From Cetorhinus maximus (Eukaryota), in the NCBI RefSeq assembly GCF_964194155.1, contig NC_135886.1:78306001-78370000 (forward strand): DNA of 64,000 nucleotides. The letters run 5' to 3'. Below the pieces are notes generated by a model, which saw only the letters and a program-made list of their open reading frames with translations, made no database searches and had not been told where the DNA came from. Below, in pieces: positions 62,860 to 64,000 of the stretch; within the stretch, counting starts at the first letter, position 1; each line of letters begins with the position of its first letter. The position numbers and the translations under genes were made by a program.

Positions 62860-63875
62860 GCTTTTAGGGTTAGAAATTACATCCAGTTTTGGGTACCTTA
62901 CTTTAGAATAGGAGTCAAAGTCACAGAATAGATTCACGAAAATAACACCAAGGATGCAGAGCTAATAGAATAGCTCTTTCAACAGATAGCACAGGCCCAA
63001 TGGGCCAAATGCTCGCATTCTATGCTATAATATCTATTCTGATACTATGAGAACCAGTCAGAAGGAAAGACTAAAGAAACCGGTCTTTTATATTAAACAA
63101 GGTTAAGAGGCGGTCTAATAAACATGTTCAAAATTATGAAGGGCTACAATAAAGTAAATTGGGAAAAATTACTTACCCAGTTAGTGAGTAACTAGTGGGT
63201 GTAAATTTAAGATTATGACCCAAAAAGCCAAGAGGTTAAATTTTTTTCTAGAACAGGGGTGTTAAACTATGGAATGCCCCATCAGGGTCCTGGGGCAGTG
63301 TTGCGGCAGCTGAGTTCATAATGGCTTTCTGAAAGGAAATGTGAACATATTTGGGGAAAAAAATTAAAAAGGTAATGGGAATGGGATTAAGTAGGTATTA
63401 ATAGTCTTGAAGAATGGGCACATAATTGGCAAATTAAGTGTTATCTTTTGGTAAGAAAAATAATGAGGTCACATATTACTTCAAAAATAAAAATAGGAGC
63501 AGAATTAGGCAATATGGCCCATCAAGCCTGTTCCACCATTCAATAACATGGCTTGTATCGAAGCTTGGTTAAACTATATTTGGAGTACTGCGTGCAGTTC
63601 TGGTCGCTATTTTATAAAAAAGATAAAGAGACACTGGGAGGATGCAAAAAAGATTTACATGGATGATGCCAGGACTGAGAGGATCTGGAAAGAATGACTA
63701 GGACAGGTCTGTTCTCTTGGTAAGAAAAGGCTGAGGGGTAACCAAATAGAGGTCTTTAAAATTATGAAAGGTTTTGATAGAGCAGACACCGAAAGAATGT
63801 TTCCACTTGTCGGAAAGGGCAAAACTAGAGACCATGAATATAAGACAGTCACCAAAAAATCAAACAATGAATAGG
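62860..63875 (+). mobile_element. Cluster of degraded, nested CR1 3' fragments
   Basis: cagttttgggtaccttactttag, ggagtactgcgtgcagttctggtc, gaggtctttaaaattatgaaagg, plus short inserted CR1 tails at ~62965-63050 and ~63490-63553. Confidence 0.75.
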
Positions 63876-64000
63876 ACGACTGAACACCTTGAGAATTTTC
63901 AACTGATCAGAGAGCGATCATGGATTTTTAAAGTGTAAGTCATGCCTAATGGGCCTGATTGCAATTTTTGAAGTAGTGACTAAAGGTATTGGACAGCGGA

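Larger units (their letters stand above)
655..64000 (-). other. Probable giant upstream intron of klf8
   Basis: The exon has a splice acceptor, so an upstream exon must exist. No KLF-like coding segment or CpG-island promoter was recognised in the rest of the window. A short exon could have been missed. Confidence 0.6.

Noticed and set aside
1-64000. CRISPR arrays, operons, rRNA or prokaryotic defence systems
   Set aside because: No regularly spaced repeats or gene-dense regions. The sequence is vertebrate intronic DNA, and the RT domains belong to LINE and PLE retrotransposons.

Overview
Eukaryotic genomic DNA, almost certainly from a cartilaginous fish (inferred from the repeat repertoire), with no prokaryotic features. 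It contains one host coding exon (87-654, minus strand) of a KLF8/KLF12-type Kruppel-like factor, best read as klf8. It has clean AG/GT boundaries, a PVDLS CtBP motif and three 11-aa SUMO-site repeats. The remaining ~63 kb appears to be upstream intron, with no other exon recognised, and is dense in mobile elements. These include: (1) a near-intact young Penelope-like (Neptune-type) retroelement with RT + GIY-YIG, 134-bp direct terminal repeats each holding a minimal hammerhead ribozyme, and a 14-bp target duplication; (2) several short PLE/hammerhead-derived fragments, one forming a head-to-head hammerhead palindrome; (3) many CR1, L2-like and other LINE fragments and SINEs; (4) Harbinger relics (a Myb/SANT-gene-bearing element, a transposase relic) and derived MITEs; (5) two probable solo LTRs; (6) an inverted pair of hAT-like elements; (7) a 166-bp inverted templated insertion. 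All family assignments come from motif recognition and remembered sequences; no database search was run.
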